A stretch of DNA of 64,000 nucleotides. Origin: an uncultured Chthonomonadaceae bacterium (GTDB lineage: Bacteria > Armatimonadota > Chthonomonadetes > Chthonomonadales > Chthonomonadaceae). The stretch covers positions 128,001-192,000 of the forward strand of contig CAWFQB010000004.1 of the NCBI GenBank assembly GCA_963817895.1, written 5' to 3'. The notes below the pieces were generated by a model, which had not been told where the DNA came from, made no database searches, and worked only from the letters and a program-made list of their open reading frames with translations. Of the stretch, positions 62,467 to 64,000 are shown piece by piece. Positions within the stretch are counted from its first letter, which is position 1. Every line of letters begins with the position of its first letter. Position numbers and translations under genes: made by a program.

Positions 62467-63537
62467 GTGGATGTATCCGTTATAATTCTCAATTGGAATA
62501 CCCGCAAACTGCTACAGGAGTGCCTGCAAACCCTGACACATCCGCAAATTGGCGTTGATGTGGAAGTAATTGTTGTGGACAATGCCAGCAGCGACGACAG
62601 CCGCGACATGGTACGGCGCGATTTTCCGCAAGTGACGCTGATTGCCAATCCCATGAATATAGGCTTCGGCGCAGGTAACAATGTAGGCATTCCCGCGTCA
62701 ACCGGTCGGTACGTGCTGTTCCTGAACTCGGATACACAGGTGACGGAGGGCGCGTTGAAGGCAATGGTGGATTACGCCGACGCCAATCCCGATGTCGGTA
62801 TTCTCGGCCCCAAACTGCTCAACGCGGATGGCAGCCTGCAATACTCGTGCCGCCAGTATCCCAATCTCGCAACCGGCTTTCTGCACAACACGCCGCTCGG
62901 ACGCCTGCTGCCCAAAAATCGCTTCGCCGCCGACTACCTGATGAAGAATTGGGATCACGCTACGCCGCGCAACGTGGATTGGGTATCCGGGGCCGCCCTG
63001 ATGATCCGCCGAACCCTGCTCGACCAAATCGGCGGCTTCGATGAAGATTATTACATGTATTGCGAAGACGTAGATTTGTGCTGGCGGGCCAATCACGCAG
63101 AATATAGACAGGGAGAAGAGGAGACAAGGAGACAAGGAGACAACAACGTCTCCCTATCTCCCTATCTCCCTATCTCCCTATCTGCTACATGGTGCGTTAC
63201 TTATTTACCGGATGCCGTTATCTATCACTACATCGGCAAAAGCAGCGATCTGGCTCCGACGCGCATGACGTATGAGTTTCATCGCAGTCAGTATCTGTTT
63301 TATAAGAAACACTATCGGGCGCAAACGCCTGTTTTGCTGCGCCCGCTGATTTTGCCCGGCATTGCTCTGCGCGCGGTCGGGCAGATGGCGCGCTGGCGCG
63401 TCCGCTACTGGCAGCGCAAAATTATGAAGTTGCGCAAAAAGCCCGCGCCGATTGAAAAGAACATTGTACCCTTGACGAACGCGGCGGCGGCCCCCTCGGA
63501 TTCTTCCGGTTTGCGCCGCCCCGGAGATGCTTCGTGA
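62467..63537 (+). CDS. Glycosyltransferase family 2
   Basis: SVIILNWN, VVDNAS.D, FLNSD, DWVSGAA, GGFDE.Y.MY.EDVDLC. Confidence 0.93.
   Translation: MDVSVIILNWNTRKLLQECLQTLTHPQIGVDVEVIVVDNASSDDSRDMVRRDFPQVTLIANPMNIGFGAGNNVGIPASTGRYVLFLNSDTQVTEGALKAMVDYADANPDVGILGPKLLNADGSLQYSCRQYPNLATGFLHNTPLGRLLPKNRFAADYLMKNWDHATPRNVDWVSGAALMIRRTLLDQIGGFDEDYYMYCEDVDLCWRANHAEYRQGEEETRRQGDNNVSLSPYLPISLSATWCVTYLPDAVIYHYIGKSSDLAPTRMTYEFHRSQYLFYKKHYRAQTPVLLRPLILPGIALRAVGQMARWRVRYWQRKIMKLRKKPAPIEKNIVPLTNAAAAPSDSSGLRRPGDAS
63106..63183. repeat. In-frame octamer hairpin (GGAGACAA)n/(TCTCCCTA)n in GT2
   Basis: 78 nt (26 codons) encoding RQGEEETRRQGDNNVSLSPYLPISLS. Confidence 0.9.
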
Positions 63538-64000
63538 CCGAACCACCGCCCTTGCGACTTGTTGATACCGCTGCGGATACCGCTGCCAACACAAAATCCG
63601 CGCCCGATTCGGGCAATGTCGGGCCTGCGCGTAATGCCCGCGCCCTGTCATCGCTGGATCGCATTTCCCTGTATTTGATTGGCTTTGTTCTGCTGCTGTC
63701 CCCCATCATGGCGGGACTGTTCGCGTCCCTGTCGTTGAGCGCGATTCCACCTCAGGATGTGGTCAGTTGGCTGCAAATTTTGAGCGTTCCCATTGTGAGT
63801 ATTGTGGTTGCCCTTGCGCTTGGCGTGACAGTTGCGCGGGAGTGGCAAAAGCCGGTTGCGATTGGCCCGGTTGGAGGGTTGGCGGGCGGCGCGTGTGTGT
63901 TGGCAATATGGGCGGCGATTTCGCTGTTCGCGCATCCTCCCCTCAACGCTATGAAGCTGGATACGTGGTTCCTGCTGCTGGCTTCGCTGACGACGGGCGG
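63534..64000 (+). CDS. Polytopic membrane protein (3'-partial; possibly O-antigen ligase-like)
   Basis: GTGA overlap with the GT2 stop; open to the window end with several TM segments. Confidence 0.6.
   Translation, partial: MTEPPPLRLVDTAADTAANTKSAPDSGNVGPARNARALSSLDRISLYLIGFVLLLSPIMAGLFASLSLSAIPPQDVVSWLQILSVPIVSIVVALALGVTVAREWQKPVAIGPVGGLAGGACVLAIWAAISLFAHPPLNAMKLDTWFLLLASLTTG

Overview
A GC-rich bacterial chromosomal window. The 16S sequence and gene content suggest Armatimonadota (Chthonomonadales-like); this is an inference, not a database result. Housekeeping genes include rsmG, hppA, an lptD-like gene, a fabF-like gene, pth, glnE, plsY, priA, PIN/TRAM-ispDF, pdxS, ffs-dnaX-ybaB-recR and two GT2 genes. 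Many are split by single-base indels, most likely long-read assembly errors. Accessory content includes two tandem NACHT-LRR (NLR-like) genes, a CcrM-like orphan methyltransferase, an IS3-type element, a small nuclease/NADAR island and an AAA-ATPase/DUF4276-like pair. Four observations stand out. (1) A family of at least 14 hairpin elements has arms of about 4 tandem copies of different 7/8/9-mers; they sit between genes, in-frame inside proteins (PriA, GlnE, IspDF linker, GT2) and twice inside the stand-alone 16S rRNA. (2) A circularly permuted, anticodon-less tRNA-like RNA lies just after the 16S gene, with its own -10 box and terminator. (3) One NLR-like gene has an LRR array built from three 66-bp cassettes in the order A-B-A-C-B-A-C-B. 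(4) GANTC sites cluster upstream of the CcrM-like methyltransferase.
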